Positions 28,599 through 39,179 of a stretch of 64,000 nt of DNA are shown here, piece after piece. A program made the translations under genes and the position numbers. The stretch is taken from positions 416,001 to 480,000 of the forward strand of contig OZ223264.1 in the NCBI GenBank assembly GCA_965140585.1. Reading direction: 5' to 3'. Numbering within the stretch: position 1 is the first letter of the stretch; each line of letters opens with the position of its first letter. A model generated the notes under the pieces. It did no database searches. It was not told the DNA's origin and saw nothing but the letters and a program-made list of their open reading frames with translations. Origin of the DNA: Spirochaetia bacterium. Lineage in GTDB: Bacteria > Spirochaetota > Spirochaetia > UBA9216.

Positions 28599-29522
28599 AT
28601 GGTTAAAGACAGAAGAATTACAATACCGATTGCAGGAATAATTGAAGAAACTCCTGATGTAAGAACTTTCAGGTTTGATTTTAATCCCGGCGCAGCAGCC
28701 GGCCAGTTTGTAATGCTTACGGATTTCAACGGCGGAGAAAAGCCCTTTTCTATATCCGCCTGTGATGATTCAGGCCTTTCGGTAACCATTAAAAAAGTAG
28801 GTAATTTTACCGCCCGGCTGTTCAGTCTTCATGAGGGAGATATTATCAGTATCAGGGGACCTTACGGTTCCTCTTTTTTTATACCCGGCGAAGACCGCTC
28901 GGAAGCAGGTTCAGCAGCAGCCGGTGACAATGCGGACCTGAGCCGCCAATCAGCCGCCCGTGCAGGCATTGAACCCAAAAATTTTCGGCCGGTGCTCGCC
29001 GGAGGCGGATTCGGACTTCCGCCTCTTTACCTGCTTGCTGTAAAGCTTATCGAAAGCGGTGCAGCACCGTCGAATATCAGGGTTATATCAGCCGGAAGGA
29101 CAGCTGCAGACATTCTGTTTCGGGAAAGATTCGAGGCTCTCGGGGTTATTTTTACAGGAGTGGCCGAGGATGCATGCGGAGCTTCGGACGTCTTCGAAGG
29201 AACCGCTGCTGCGGCTCTTGAATCAATGAAGGGTGAGTACAACTTTGTATATTCTTCCGGCCCGGACCTGATGATGAAAAGCCTCATTCAGGTATTCGGT
29301 CCTGAGACGGATTACGATTTCCTTTTCGAGCGCTATATGAAATGTGCAATCGGTATTTGCGGTTCCTGTGTAATGGACCCCTCCGGAATCAGAGTCTGCA
29401 AGGAGGGACCGGCACTTAGCAGGGCTTTAGTGGAGCAGCTTGAAGATTTCGGAGTTTATAAAAGGACGGCAAGCGGCAGTGTTGAAAAGTTTAAAAACCG
29501 ATTTGCCGGGGAGTCTGTGTGA
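28599..29522 (+). CDS. pyrK: Dihydroorotate dehydrogenase electron-transfer subunit
   Basis: GQFVML, KPFSIS, RGPYG and GGGFG motifs; ERYMKCAIGICGSC...VCKEGP 2Fe-2S motif. Confidence 0.9.
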   Translation: MVKDRRITIPIAGIIEETPDVRTFRFDFNPGAAAGQFVMLTDFNGGEKPFSISACDDSGLSVTIKKVGNFTARLFSLHEGDIISIRGPYGSSFFIPGEDRSEAGSAAAGDNADLSRQSAARAGIEPKNFRPVLAGGGFGLPPLYLLAVKLIESGAAPSNIRVISAGRTAADILFRERFEALGVIFTGVAEDACGASDVFEGTAAAALESMKGEYNFVYSSGPDLMMKSLIQVFGPETDYDFLFERYMKCAIGICGSCVMDPSGIRVCKEGPALSRALVEQLEDFGVYKRTASGSVEKFKNRFAGESV

Positions 29523-30886
29523 TGAGTGCCTTACCGGATTCAGCTGATTTTAAAAGGCTCATTTTAAGAAACTGTTTAACTTCAGGCGGTTCTGTTGATA
29601 TGGAAATTGACTCTGTACAGATAATTTCTGTGTCTGCAGATGGTCAGAAGCTTAAGAACAGTACCGGCTGTGATGAGCTTGATCTTGCCGGAAAGACGGT
29701 AATTCCCGGAATGATAGACCCCCACGTGCATTTTCGCTGTCCCGGTGCATCCAATAAGGAAGACTGGATTTCCGGCGCTTCAGCAGCCCTTCACGGCGGC
29801 GTAACGGCAGTTTTTGACATGCCCAATAACAGTCCGGCCTTTGAATCAATGGATGTCCTTAATATGAAACGGGACGCCGCCTCTGAGGCCGATCTTTCCG
29901 GTCTGCCGTTGAAAAGATTTTTCTGGGCCGGCTGTTCAGAGGATTCAGTTGATGAGCTCCCGGTACTTCTGGCCGAAGCTGATGTTCCCGGTGTTAAGAT
30001 TTTTCTATCCGAATCAAGCGGAAACAGCAGCAGCTCTGCTGAGGATTTTCTAAAAAGAGTTTTCTCAATTGCTGCCGAGGCAGGCAAGCCTGTTGCAGTG
30101 CATTCCGAACTTGCCGCAAAGCTCAGGAAGCCGGGCAACTGGTCGGCTGAGTATAAGGGGCTTGAACTTCATAATATTCTGAGGCCTTCAGAGGCCGTGG
30201 CAGCAGGAACGGATCTGGTTCTGAAGATTGCCTCGGATACAGCGGCTAAAGTATATCTCTGCCATGTCTCAACTGCGGCGGAAATATACATGATACTGAA
30301 CCATAAAAAAAGGTATGGAGAAGATTCTGTTTATGGAGAACTCACTCCCCACCATCTTCTTTTGGATACAAATCATAAAGTAACAGGAGGGCCTCAGTCC
30401 TGGGCCAGGGTCAATCCTCCTGTCCGCGACGCCCTTGAACGGCAGATGATTGAAAAGGCATTCTGTGATGCTCTCAGTCTTTCAAGTACTGCCGCGATTG
30501 ACCTTTTCGGTACTGACCATGCTCCGCATATCCCGCAGGATAAATCAGATGATTTTATGGCATCACCTTCAGGATTTCCGGGGCTTGAAACGGTCCTTCC
30601 GCTTGCGGCCGGTTTTATTTTCGTTTTCAGCGGCGGGGTTAATCCGGAATCCATTGCAAGACTTCAGCATTTTACATCAGGACGGGCAGCAGAGATTTTC
30701 GGAATAAGTGAGGCGGGTAAAATCGAACATGGCGCTGCCGCATCTCTTGCAGTAATTGAGACTTGTCCGGAATACAGTGTTGATGCTGCATCATTCAGAA
30801 CAAAGGCAAAGTATTCGCCGTATAACGGAATGCGGCTTAAAACCAGAATATATAAAACCATAACCGGAGGAAAAATAATTGGATAA
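29519..30886 (+). CDS. pyrC: Dihydroorotase
   Basis: [29 protein letters not shown] and GTDHAPH motifs; operon context. Confidence 0.9.
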   Translation: MMSALPDSADFKRLILRNCLTSGGSVDMEIDSVQIISVSADGQKLKNSTGCDELDLAGKTVIPGMIDPHVHFRCPGASNKEDWISGASAALHGGVTAVFDMPNNSPAFESMDVLNMKRDAASEADLSGLPLKRFFWAGCSEDSVDELPVLLAEADVPGVKIFLSESSGNSSSSAEDFLKRVFSIAAEAGKPVAVHSELAAKLRKPGNWSAEYKGLELHNILRPSEAVAAGTDLVLKIASDTAAKVYLCHVSTAAEIYMILNHKKRYGEDSVYGELTPHHLLLDTNHKVTGGPQSWARVNPPVRDALERQMIEKAFCDALSLSSTAAIDLFGTDHAPHIPQDKSDDFMASPSGFPGLETVLPLAAGFIFVFSGGVNPESIARLQHFTSGRAAEIFGISEAGKIEHGAAASLAVIETCPEYSVDAASFRTKAKYSPYNGMRLKTRIYKTITGGKIIG

Positions 30887-32276
30887 CAAAACAAAATTTA
30901 TCAAGGGTCTTTACAGCATCGGGGCTGTGAAGTTTGGAAAGTTTACCCTAAAAAGCGGATTGGAATCTCCCTTCTATCTGGATCTCAGGAAGGTGATCTC
31001 TCATCCGGAACTTCACGATTTGATGTGTACCATGCTCACAGAAAAGGCTGCTGAACTGGATTTTAAATGCATCACCGGAATACCGTACACTGCACTTCCT
31101 TCGGCTGTGATTATGGCTGAAAGGCTGAAGAAGCCCCTGTTCATGCTGCGAAAGGAAGAGAAGACATACGGAGCAGGCGGTCTGGTAGTCGGCGACCCCG
31201 ACCTTAAAGGAAAGTGCCTTGTTGTTGACGACCTGATTACAACCGGAAGCTCAAAGTTTGAAACCGCCGACAGTCTTAAGCAGGAAGGCTTCAGCGTAGA
31301 GGACATTCTGGTAGTGATTGACCGCAGTCTTAACGGAACTGCAGAACTTGCTGCTGAGGGTCTGAAACTTCACAGTCTTGTATCGTTGGATGAGGTCGTA
31401 AGTGTACTTCTGGAAGACGGAAGTCTTGAGCAGGCAAAGGCTGATGAAATAAAAGCATTTACATCAGGCATTGCTCCGTCCAAATCTGCCGCAGTCGAAA
31501 ACAGCGTAGAGGCCAACAGCTTTACTGACAGGCTTCTTGGCGTAATTGAGAGGAAGAAGACAAACCTTATTCTTTCACTTGATACCGAGGACCCCGATAA
31601 GTTTTTCAGCATACTGGAAACTACTGCACAGTACATCGCCATGGTTAAAACCCATGTTGATATCATCAGGGATTTTACACCGGACTTCATCACAAGGCTC
31701 AGAAAACTTGCTTCAGATAAGGACTTCCTTATTTTTGAAGACCGCAAGTTCGCAGACATCGGAAACACAGTAAGCCACCAGTTCAGAGGCGGGGTATACC
31801 GGATTGCCGAATGGACAGATTGTGTAACAAGCCACCTAATCGCAGGCGAGGGAACCCTGAAAGGCCTGTTCAGCGAGGGATATAAAAACTCTGACGGCAA
31901 CGGCCAGGCGGCTTTCCTACTTGCCAGAATGTCGAGCAAGGGCAATCTGATAACACCTGATTACACAGATAAAGTTATTTCAACCGGAAAGGCAAATCCG
32001 GAATACGTATCAGGCTATATCGGACATGGTAGTTCTGTTGATGATATCAAAACTTTCAGAAAGAAGATTCCGCAGAATCAGCTGCTGCTTATGCCGGGAG
32101 TACAGCTTCAGCAGGGCGGCGATAAGCTGGGGCAGCAGTACCTTTCAGTTGAGGACGCGATGGCAGGTGGAGCGGACTGCATCATAGTGGGCCGCGGAAT
32201 CATCGCGGCGGAAGATCCTGCGGCAACAGCGGAAATATACAGAGAAAGAGCCTGGAAGGCTTTTAAAGCAAAATAA
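30879..32276 (+). CDS. Bifunctional orotate phosphoribosyltransferase / OMP decarboxylase (UMP synthase, PyrE-PyrF fusion)
   Basis: N-terminal [16 protein letters not shown] and VVDDLITTG; C-terminal [23 protein letters not shown] and IIVGRGI; TTG start after GGAGG. Confidence 0.93.
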   Translation: MDNKTKFIKGLYSIGAVKFGKFTLKSGLESPFYLDLRKVISHPELHDLMCTMLTEKAAELDFKCITGIPYTALPSAVIMAERLKKPLFMLRKEEKTYGAGGLVVGDPDLKGKCLVVDDLITTGSSKFETADSLKQEGFSVEDILVVIDRSLNGTAELAAEGLKLHSLVSLDEVVSVLLEDGSLEQAKADEIKAFTSGIAPSKSAAVENSVEANSFTDRLLGVIERKKTNLILSLDTEDPDKFFSILETTAQYIAMVKTHVDIIRDFTPDFITRLRKLASDKDFLIFEDRKFADIGNTVSHQFRGGVYRIAEWTDCVTSHLIAGEGTLKGLFSEGYKNSDGNGQAAFLLARMSSKGNLITPDYTDKVISTGKANPEYVSGYIGHGSSVDDIKTFRKKIPQNQLLLMPGVQLQQGGDKLGQQYLSVEDAMAGGADCIIVGRGIIAAEDPAATAEIYRERAWKAFKAK

Positions 32277-32295
32277 ATTATAGGGAGGAGAGCAC

Positions 32296-33228
32296 GTGAC
32301 TGATAAGTTTAGTCAGAGGCACATTATTTCAATGAAGGACCTCAGCAGAGAGGATCTGCTTTACCTTGTTGAAACTGCGGGGTTGATTGAGACAGGCCGG
32401 CTCAAGCCGGATATGGGCGGAAAGATAGCAGCACTGCTTTTCTTCGAGCCTTCAACAAGGACCTGCTTTTCATTTGAATCAGCGATGAAGAGACTCGGCG
32501 GGGAAACTCTGCTGATGAAGGGAACCGGCGGTACGTCGGTACAGAAGGGTGAAAGCTTTGCCGACACACTGAAAACCATCGAGCGCTACTGCGATATCAT
32601 GGTTATAAGATCCGCTATTGAAGGTGCGGCAAGATATGCGTCAGAGATTATAGGCCTGCCCATAGTCAATGCCGGTGACGGTGCAAATCAGCATCCTACC
32701 CAGGCCCTGCTTGATATGTATTCAATCAAGAAGACCCAGGGAACGCTCGAGGGGCTTAAAATAGGCCTGATGGGTGACCTGCGATTCGGCAGGACGGTTC
32801 ACTCGCTTGCCCAGGCACTGGTCCCTTTCAGGCCGGAGTTTTACTTTATATCACCGCCGCACCTTCATATGCCCGACCATATTAAAACCGGGCTGACCGA
32901 CCTCGGAATCGGATACACCGAACTTGCAACAGTCGATGAAGTTGTCCCGGAACTGGATATCATGTATGTAACAAGGATTCAGAAGGAAAGGTTTGCCGAC
33001 CCCGAGGAATATGAAAAACTCAAAGGCTCATATATAGTCAACAATAATACAATCCGGGGAGCAAAGGATAATATGAAGATTCTTCATCCGCTTCCAAGAG
33101 TTGATGAAATAGCGACCGAGGTTGACAGCTCGCCCCACGCCTACTACTTTCAGCAGGCCGAGAACGGCGTATATATGCGCCAGGCGATTCTCTCAACACT
33201 TACCGGAATGGCAGGAGGTGCGGCATGA
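32296..33228 (+). CDS. pyrB: Aspartate carbamoyltransferase catalytic subunit
   Basis: FFEPSTRT, HPTQALLD, RIQKER and HPLPR motifs. Confidence 0.96.
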   Translation: MTDKFSQRHIISMKDLSREDLLYLVETAGLIETGRLKPDMGGKIAALLFFEPSTRTCFSFESAMKRLGGETLLMKGTGGTSVQKGESFADTLKTIERYCDIMVIRSAIEGAARYASEIIGLPIVNAGDGANQHPTQALLDMYSIKKTQGTLEGLKIGLMGDLRFGRTVHSLAQALVPFRPEFYFISPPHLHMPDHIKTGLTDLGIGYTELATVDEVVPELDIMYVTRIQKERFADPEEYEKLKGSYIVNNNTIRGAKDNMKILHPLPRVDEIATEVDSSPHAYYFQQAENGVYMRQAILSTLTGMAGGAA

Positions 33229-33689
33229 AACAGATGAAAGTTGATGCCATCAAAGACGGAACTGTAATCGACCATATTCCCGGCGGAAAAGCTCTTCTTG
33301 TTCTCAAGATTCTCAACGGTGGAGGTAAAGATCTTGTCAGTGTGGGAATGAATCTTTCAAGTCCCAAGCTTGGCAGAAAGGATATCGTAAAGATTGAGAA
33401 TCATGAGCTTACAGCTGATGATGTAAATAGGATTGCCCTGGTTGCGCCCACAGCCACCATCACCATCATCAGGAATTACGAAACTCAGGACAAGTGGAAG
33501 GTTGAGCTTCCCGGGGTACTTGAAAATATTGCCCATTGTCCCAATTCCAACTGTATTACTAATGTTGAAAAGCTGAAGAGCCGGTTTGACAAAACAAAAA
33601 ACAATTCAGACTACATGTGTCATTATTGTGAGAAGATTTATGACGCAGACGAGCTAAGAATTAAAATATCGAAGGAATTCCCGCTTTAG
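33225..33689 (+). CDS. pyrI: Aspartate carbamoyltransferase regulatory subunit
   Basis: AIKDGTVIDHI and KDIVKIE motifs; CPNSNC...CHYCE zinc site. Confidence 0.95.
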   Translation: MKQMKVDAIKDGTVIDHIPGGKALLVLKILNGGGKDLVSVGMNLSSPKLGRKDIVKIENHELTADDVNRIALVAPTATITIIRNYETQDKWKVELPGVLENIAHCPNSNCITNVEKLKSRFDKTKNNSDYMCHYCEKIYDADELRIKISKEFPL

Positions 33690-33697
33690 GGCGGGAT

Positions 33698-34360
33698 CTA
33701 TTTAATAAAATATTCTTTCGGCACTTCCCATGCCCGGCCGAATACGCGCAGCAGATGGCTGGAGAGATACCGGCCTTCCGGGTCAGGGGGGGACCCCTTC
33801 ATCCGCATAGGAGAGTTAAGCCTTGTATTATCCGGTTTCTGAAGGTTCATACTCTCATAGACTATCCCTTTTCGGTAATTTTCGTGGATATATGTAATAT
33901 TTCCTTTGCTGTCGATATCGACAACCATGCCTACATGGGTGAAGTAATCATTGAATTTTCCGTCTTCATTACGATCGTAGGTATTATCCCAGAAAATCAG
34001 GTCGCCGGGAGAGGGCGTTTTGCTGGTGTGGATAAGACTGTTGTCGCGAAGAAACTGGTATATCCGTCTGACTCCGTTACCTTCATAGAGCGCATAGCTT
34101 TTTTCAAGATCAATTCCGGCATGGTAATAAATGGCGAGCACGGTTCCGGAGCAGTCCATGTTGAAATGTCTTCCGTCGATATCCAGGCTTTCTTTACCAA
34201 GCATATATTCAGCGGAAGCCTGAAGTTTTTTCTGGATTTCTGTTTCAGTCCGGACGGTTCCGGTTCCATTCAGGAAACCGCCCTCATTTGATGATGTTGT
34301 TGCACATGAAAAGGCGGCTGCTGTAAATATTAAAAGTATAAGTATATTAAGTCTTTGCAT
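33698..34360 (-). CDS. NlpC/P60 family lipoprotein
   Basis: AFSC lipobox; MDCSG, PGDLIFW and THVGMV motifs. Confidence 0.85.
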   Translation of the reverse strand: MQRLNILILLIFTAAAFSCATTSSNEGGFLNGTGTVRTETEIQKKLQASAEYMLGKESLDIDGRHFNMDCSGTVLAIYYHAGIDLEKSYALYEGNGVRRIYQFLRDNSLIHTSKTPSPGDLIFWDNTYDRNEDGKFNDYFTHVGMVVDIDSKGNITYIHENYRKGIVYESMNLQKPDNTRLNSPMRMKGSPPDPEGRYLSSHLLRVFGRAWEVPKEYFIK

Positions 34361-34929
34361 TACATCCAGTTGATCTGGATTTTTATGAAGACAAGCTCAA
34401 GTTCTTTTCTGATGTCGGCAGGAAAATCCAGATACAAAGCTTCCTCTATTATATCCCTTGCTTCTTCATATTTCTTCTGGTTGAGATAAGAATATGTAAG
34501 TGCATACAATGTCCGGTAATCATAGGGGTTGAGATCATATGATTTCATTATATAGTCATGCGATTCTTCAACCTTGTTCTGAATTCCGTAGAGAACACCA
34601 ATGTTTCTCATAATTGACGGACTTTCCGGTGAGAGACGTTCAGCCCTTTGAAGGTATTCTTCGGCTCTGAGCAGATCTCCCTTTTTAAACCAGGCACAGC
34701 CCAGTGCTTCCCAGGCTTCCGGGGTTTCAGTGTTCTTTTTGATGTAGTAATCAAGAGTTCTGATCGCTTCATCATTTTCACCGCTTTCCGTGAGGACTAT
34801 TCCCATGTAACATATGGCACGATCGTTATCCGGCTCTTCCAGCAGTATTGTTGACAGTATTTTTCTGGCTTCTCTCAGGTAGCCTGTAAGTATTAAGTTC
34901 TCAGCAATATCAATCGCGTTTGCATTCAT
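34360..34929 (-). CDS. Tetratricopeptide repeat protein
   Basis: Successive TPR-like helical repeats (AWEALGCAWFKKG, IMRNIGVLY). Confidence 0.8.
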   Translation of the reverse strand: MNANAIDIAENLILTGYLREARKILSTILLEEPDNDRAICYMGIVLTESGENDEAIRTLDYYIKKNTETPEAWEALGCAWFKKGDLLRAEEYLQRAERLSPESPSIMRNIGVLYGIQNKVEESHDYIMKSYDLNPYDYRTLYALTYSYLNQKKYEEARDIIEEALYLDFPADIRKELELVFIKIQINWM

Positions 34930-35035
34930 TGAAACCTCTCCAAAGATTGACCCCTCGGTTTAATTTCGGCTTCAACATTTATAATATTGATACTGAAAAT
35001 TTCAAAGAGATGAGAAAATGTGGGAATTTCAGCAT

Positions 35036-35644
35036 TCAGGCTTTGTGATAGTTGAGACCTGTGAGATATGTCTCAAAAGATTCCTTTCTGCAGGCTTTTG
35101 GTTTGAATATTTTAACTGTTTCAAAATCCGGGGACAGCATTTCTGCCAGGGCTTTTTCATCGCCGCCCTGGAATATTTTTATAGTAAAATTTCCGCCTTC
35201 GGTCAGAAATACCGGAATCATCCCTATTATCCCTTCGGCAAGGCTGTATGAACGGCCTGCGTCAACTGTACGGTTTCCTGTTGTTGACGGGGCTGCATCA
35301 CTTATCACCGCGTCATAGGGTCCCTTTTCGCCGATTTCAGCCTGAATTTTTTCATCAAAAAAGTCTCCCTGCCAGAAAAAAAGCCTCTTATCCGGTTTAA
35401 TTGTCAGTTCTTTTAAGTCCACCGCGGCAACTATTGAATCAGGTCCGGTTTTACGCAGGCAGTAAAGGCTCCAGCTTCCCGGAGCAGCACCAACATCGAG
35501 AATACGGCTGTTTTTTCTGAAGATTCCGAACTTCTGGTTCAGTTCTTCGAGCTTGAAGATTGACCGTGCGGGGTATCCGTCCTTCTTTGCCCTGATCGTG
35601 TAATGATCGGCTTCACTTCTTTTTCCGCCTTTCTGCTTTGACAT
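35036..35644 (-). CDS. rlmE: 23S rRNA Um2552 methyltransferase RlmE/FtsJ
   Basis: YPARSIFKLEE, DVGAAPGSW, SDAAP and RKESFETY motifs. Confidence 0.93.
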   Translation of the reverse strand: MSKQKGGKRSEADHYTIRAKKDGYPARSIFKLEELNQKFGIFRKNSRILDVGAAPGSWSLYCLRKTGPDSIVAAVDLKELTIKPDKRLFFWQGDFFDEKIQAEIGEKGPYDAVISDAAPSTTGNRTVDAGRSYSLAEGIIGMIPVFLTEGGNFTIKIFQGGDEKALAEMLSPDFETVKIFKPKACRKESFETYLTGLNYHKA

Positions 35645-35681
35645 ATTGACGTAACTCCCATGTTTGTGCTTTCTAGTATAT

Positions 35682-36725
35682 ATGGATAAACATTATATGG
35701 AATTACTGGAGAAGGTAGAAGGGGTGATCTCCCGATCTGTTCCTGCTGTGACAGATAAGGGCTGGTTATCACGGACTGCCGGACCGGTTAGAAATAAGAT
35801 AACTGAAACTTCTGTAGATAAAATTAATGAACCTGCACTTGAACTTCTTGGTCGCGGGGGCAAACGCTGGAGGCCTGTTCTGATGGTTCTCTGCTGCGAA
35901 CTTGCCGGCGGTGATGCCGAGAGCATAATGCCGCTCTGTCCCCTCGTAGAGTTTCCTCACAACGGCTCTCTTATCATAGATGATATCGAAGACAAGTCGG
36001 ATATGCGCAGAGGCGAGCCTGCCGTACATAAGATTTACGGTGAGGACATGTCTATAAACACAGGCAACCTTCTTTATTTTCTTCCGACCTACCTGATTGA
36101 CGAGAGCGATCTGGATGATGAAATGAAGCTGAGGTTGTACCGCTACTATACTCTTAACCTAAGAAGGCTTCATTTCGGCCAGGGGCTGGATATCCAGTGG
36201 CATAATAACCATGAATACTTCCCTAGTGTTGAAGAATATCTTCAGATGTGCCGCTTTAAAACCGGTGCACTCTCCAGAATGGCTGCCCAGATCGGCTTTG
36301 CCGTGGGAGGAACCGATCCCAATACCTGTGTAACCCTGGGCGATGTATTTGAAGATGCCGGTGTTGCCTTCCAGATTATCGATGATGTTACAAATCTTAC
36401 AACCGGCAACCCCGGAAAAGATCGGGGCGATGACATTGTAGAAGGTAAGAAGAGCCTTCCGGTCATCCTTCATGCGATGGCCTATCCAGATTCACTGCCC
36501 CAGCTTGTTTCTCTGTTTGATAAGGCCGCGGAGCTTGGTGCAGAAAACGGCCGCGAGGCAATTGAAGAGGCTATCGCGCTGATAGAATCATCAGGCAGCA
36601 TTGAAAGGGCCAGAAACCGGGCTTTTGAAATGATTAGAGGCACAAAGGGATTGATTGAAAAATCTTTTCAGAGTTCCGCAGCGCTTGATGCAGTTTCTGA
36701 TATGCTCAGTATGTTTTTACCATAA
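35682..36725 (+). CDS. Polyprenyl diphosphate synthase
   Basis: GGKRWRP, DDIED...RRG, GQGLD, KTG and FQIIDD motifs. Confidence 0.92.
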   Translation: MDKHYMELLEKVEGVISRSVPAVTDKGWLSRTAGPVRNKITETSVDKINEPALELLGRGGKRWRPVLMVLCCELAGGDAESIMPLCPLVEFPHNGSLIIDDIEDKSDMRRGEPAVHKIYGEDMSINTGNLLYFLPTYLIDESDLDDEMKLRLYRYYTLNLRRLHFGQGLDIQWHNNHEYFPSVEEYLQMCRFKTGALSRMAAQIGFAVGGTDPNTCVTLGDVFEDAGVAFQIIDDVTNLTTGNPGKDRGDDIVEGKKSLPVILHAMAYPDSLPQLVSLFDKAAELGAENGREAIEEAIALIESSGSIERARNRAFEMIRGTKGLIEKSFQSSAALDAVSDMLSMFLP

Positions 36726-37448
36726 TCCGAGTTCCTGCATCTGCCTGATTACAACGTCATCCCAGCCCCTGTTTGCGGCTGGGCTGGCAGGACTTGGATG
36801 CAGGATTGAGGCGTGTCTGTAGCGGCCCTCAGCGATTCCATCTTTCAGGGCCGCCATTATCCTTTTTTCAGCAAATTTACCGACGCCGATCACCCATTCC
36901 GGTTCAAGAATACCGCAGATAGCTTTCAGATGCTCATCACAGACTTCGAAGAGGCTGTCGCGCTCATTTGCTGGAAGTTTATCCGGTGTTATGTTTCTGC
37001 TGCTCTCAGCCATGAAGCTCAGGGGGCAGTAGTTTTCAACATAATGATCTTCAAAGAATTTTGCAGGAGTTTCGAACCTGTTTTTCATAAGCCCCCACAG
37101 CCGGCGGCCGCTTACTTCACTTTTGGCGCAGCTGAAGCCCTCGACCGGACGTTTGGGATGTTCAAGAGCTGGTTTTTTCACCTCTGATTCAAGTCCCAGC
37201 CAGTCGCGTGCAGCTTCAATTTCACCGAAGGGTATTCCTGTCTGGGCCATTCCCCATGGGCCGGGATTCATGCCTACAAAAATAACACTCTTTTTATTCC
37301 CTGCGTAGAGACTCAGGTATTTTTCATGCGGTACAGCCGCATATTCAAGCGGGTTGTAGGAGCAGTATACATCTCCTGCAAATCTCAGTTCTCCGGCATC
37401 GCGGCTTAGCTTTCTTGAGGCTTCTATCATTAATTTGCTTTTATTCAT
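36717..37448 (-). CDS. SMUG1-type uracil-DNA glycosylase
   Basis: GMNPGPWGMAQTGIPFG, EVSGRRLW, NYCPL and HPSPAS motifs. Confidence 0.92.
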   Translation of the reverse strand: MNKSKLMIEASRKLSRDAGELRFAGDVYCSYNPLEYAAVPHEKYLSLYAGNKKSVIFVGMNPGPWGMAQTGIPFGEIEAARDWLGLESEVKKPALEHPKRPVEGFSCAKSEVSGRRLWGLMKNRFETPAKFFEDHYVENYCPLSFMAESSRNITPDKLPANERDSLFEVCDEHLKAICGILEPEWVIGVGKFAEKRIMAALKDGIAEGRYRHASILHPSPASPAANRGWDDVVIRQMQELGLW

Positions 37449-37887
37449 TGATTATTTCTTTGAGTTCCCTTGTGAGTTCTTCGAGGCGTTCAAGGTTATG
37501 TGAAAATGTGCAGGAAAAAAGCTCCCTCATCAGTCTGTCATTACTGCTTCCGGGCCCTTTATCTGAACGGTAGAATCCGGATATTTTAAGTTCATCACGG
37601 ATTACAGGAAGAAGATACCTTTTGGAAGTAGTAATAATCTCTTCAAGCGCTTCAATTCCGTCCTGAAAGACTTCTTTTTCGGTGTTGAAAACAGACTGGA
37701 TACCAATCATATCATGTACATAGCGCAGGCGGTAGGGGTTGAATGCGTTTTTCTCAAGAAGAGAGGTAAACCAGTAGTTGTCAAAATGCCCCAGAAAAAG
37801 CTCTCTAAGCTCATCAATGGTCTGAGCACAGATATCTGTTTGTGAGGCTACTGCCGCTGTCCCTTCAGTCATATATCGCTGATACAT
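37441..37887 (-). CDS. Hypothetical protein
   Basis: 148-aa ORF with GAGG SD, overlapping the UDG start. Confidence 0.7.
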   Translation of the reverse strand: MYQRYMTEGTAAVASQTDICAQTIDELRELFLGHFDNYWFTSLLEKNAFNPYRLRYVHDMIGIQSVFNTEKEVFQDGIEALEEIITTSKRYLLPVIRDELKISGFYRSDKGPGSSNDRLMRELFSCTFSHNLERLEELTRELKEIINE

Positions 37888-37971
37888 TACTACCTCTATC
37901 GGCAGGGAGGGGCAGTTTGCAAAGTAATTCTTGTTGAATTGTCGGTTTTGTGATAAAAAATATAGTGATTG

Positions 37972-38050
37972 CTTCTCCGGAAAGTTTTTCTACCCATTAT
38001 TCCGGGATGAGGCTCCCGGAGGCATCGTTGATGCCCTCCGGTTTTTATTT
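37972..38050 (+). ncRNA. Candidate small RNA (stem-loop plus intrinsic terminator)
   Basis: TTGTCG-N16-TATAGT upstream; CCGGAGGCATC-gtt-GATGCCCTCCGG followed by TTTTTATTTT on the + strand, between two minus-strand genes. Confidence 0.35.
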
Positions 38051-38084
38051 TATTAAGTCAGCCTTCTGCAGCAGAGTGTATCAT

Positions 38085-39170
38085 CTACTCTGTCGGGTCT
38101 GTTTCCTGCCTTATTTTTGCATATCCGGGTTTAAGCACATCATAGATAACTTTAAGACGATCATCATAATGTGCAAATGCCGACTTCATGGCGTTAAGGG
38201 TAATTCTCTCAAAGTCCCGTATTGTGAGGTTGTAGTACTCCGAGGCAAGTGAAAACTCTTTTACCAGGTCTGTGTTGCTCATCAGCGGATTGTCGGTACA
38301 GAGGGTTACTCTGAAGTTATTCCGGTAATAAACATGAAATGGATGTTCATCTAGTGAGGGTGCAGCGCCTGTCTGAATATTTGAAGACAGACACATTTCA
38401 AGCGGAATTCTCTTGTCCCGTACAAAATCGGCTATTGAACCGAGCTTTTCAATTCTTGTTCCATGAACAACCATGTCTTCAAGAAGTTTGGTTGCGTGGC
38501 CAATGCGGTGGGCTCCGCATATCTGTAGTGCCTGCCAGATTGATTCTATTCCGAATGCCTCACCGGCATGAATTGTGATATTGAAGTTCTTATTGCGGAT
38601 ATACTGAAAGGCATCAAGATGCCTCTTGGGCGGATGGCCGAACTCATCTCCGGCTATATCAAATCCTACAACTCCCCTGTTTCTGTATGCAACTGCAAGC
38701 TCAGCCATTTCAAGTGATACCGGGGAGGGCTGATGTCTCATTGCACAGATTATCAGTCCGTATGCCGTACCTGTTGACTGCTTACCTTCCTCAAGCCCGA
38801 TCAGAACTGACTCTACAATCTCTTCCAGGTTGAGCCCCTGCTCAGTGTGAAGAATAGGGGCAAATCTGATCTCAGCATACTTAACGTTGATTGATGCTAA
38901 ATCTTCTATTGTTTCACGGGCAATTCTTATAAGGGCTTCTTTAGTCTGCATTACTGAGCAGCTGACTGCAAAACCCTCAAGGTAGAGAGCCAGACTTTTA
39001 CGGTCTGCTCCGCGGTGAAACCAGTCTGCAAGTTCATTTGTATCATGAGACGGAATTTCAATATTCTGTTTTTCAGCCAGGTCGATGATTGTCGCCGGCC
39101 GGACACCACCGTCAAGGTGGTGATGAAGCTCCACCTTCGGAAGCTTTTTTATCATTTCATTTGTAACCAT
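38085..39170 (-). CDS. add: Adenosine deaminase
   Basis: PKVELHHHLDG, YAEIRF, TIHAGE, RIGH and TDNP motifs. Confidence 0.93.
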   Translation of the reverse strand: MVTNEMIKKLPKVELHHHLDGGVRPATIIDLAEKQNIEIPSHDTNELADWFHRGADRKSLALYLEGFAVSCSVMQTKEALIRIARETIEDLASINVKYAEIRFAPILHTEQGLNLEEIVESVLIGLEEGKQSTGTAYGLIICAMRHQPSPVSLEMAELAVAYRNRGVVGFDIAGDEFGHPPKRHLDAFQYIRNKNFNITIHAGEAFGIESIWQALQICGAHRIGHATKLLEDMVVHGTRIEKLGSIADFVRDKRIPLEMCLSSNIQTGAAPSLDEHPFHVYYRNNFRVTLCTDNPLMSNTDLVKEFSLASEYYNLTIRDFERITLNAMKSAFAHYDDRLKVIYDVLKPGYAKIRQETDPTE

Positions 39171-39179
39171 ACATATATG

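Noticed and set aside
37960-38010. Purine riboswitch suggested by TTTCTACC next to adenosine deaminase
   Set aside because: Wrong strand and wrong end of add; the P1-P3 architecture and loop motifs are absent.
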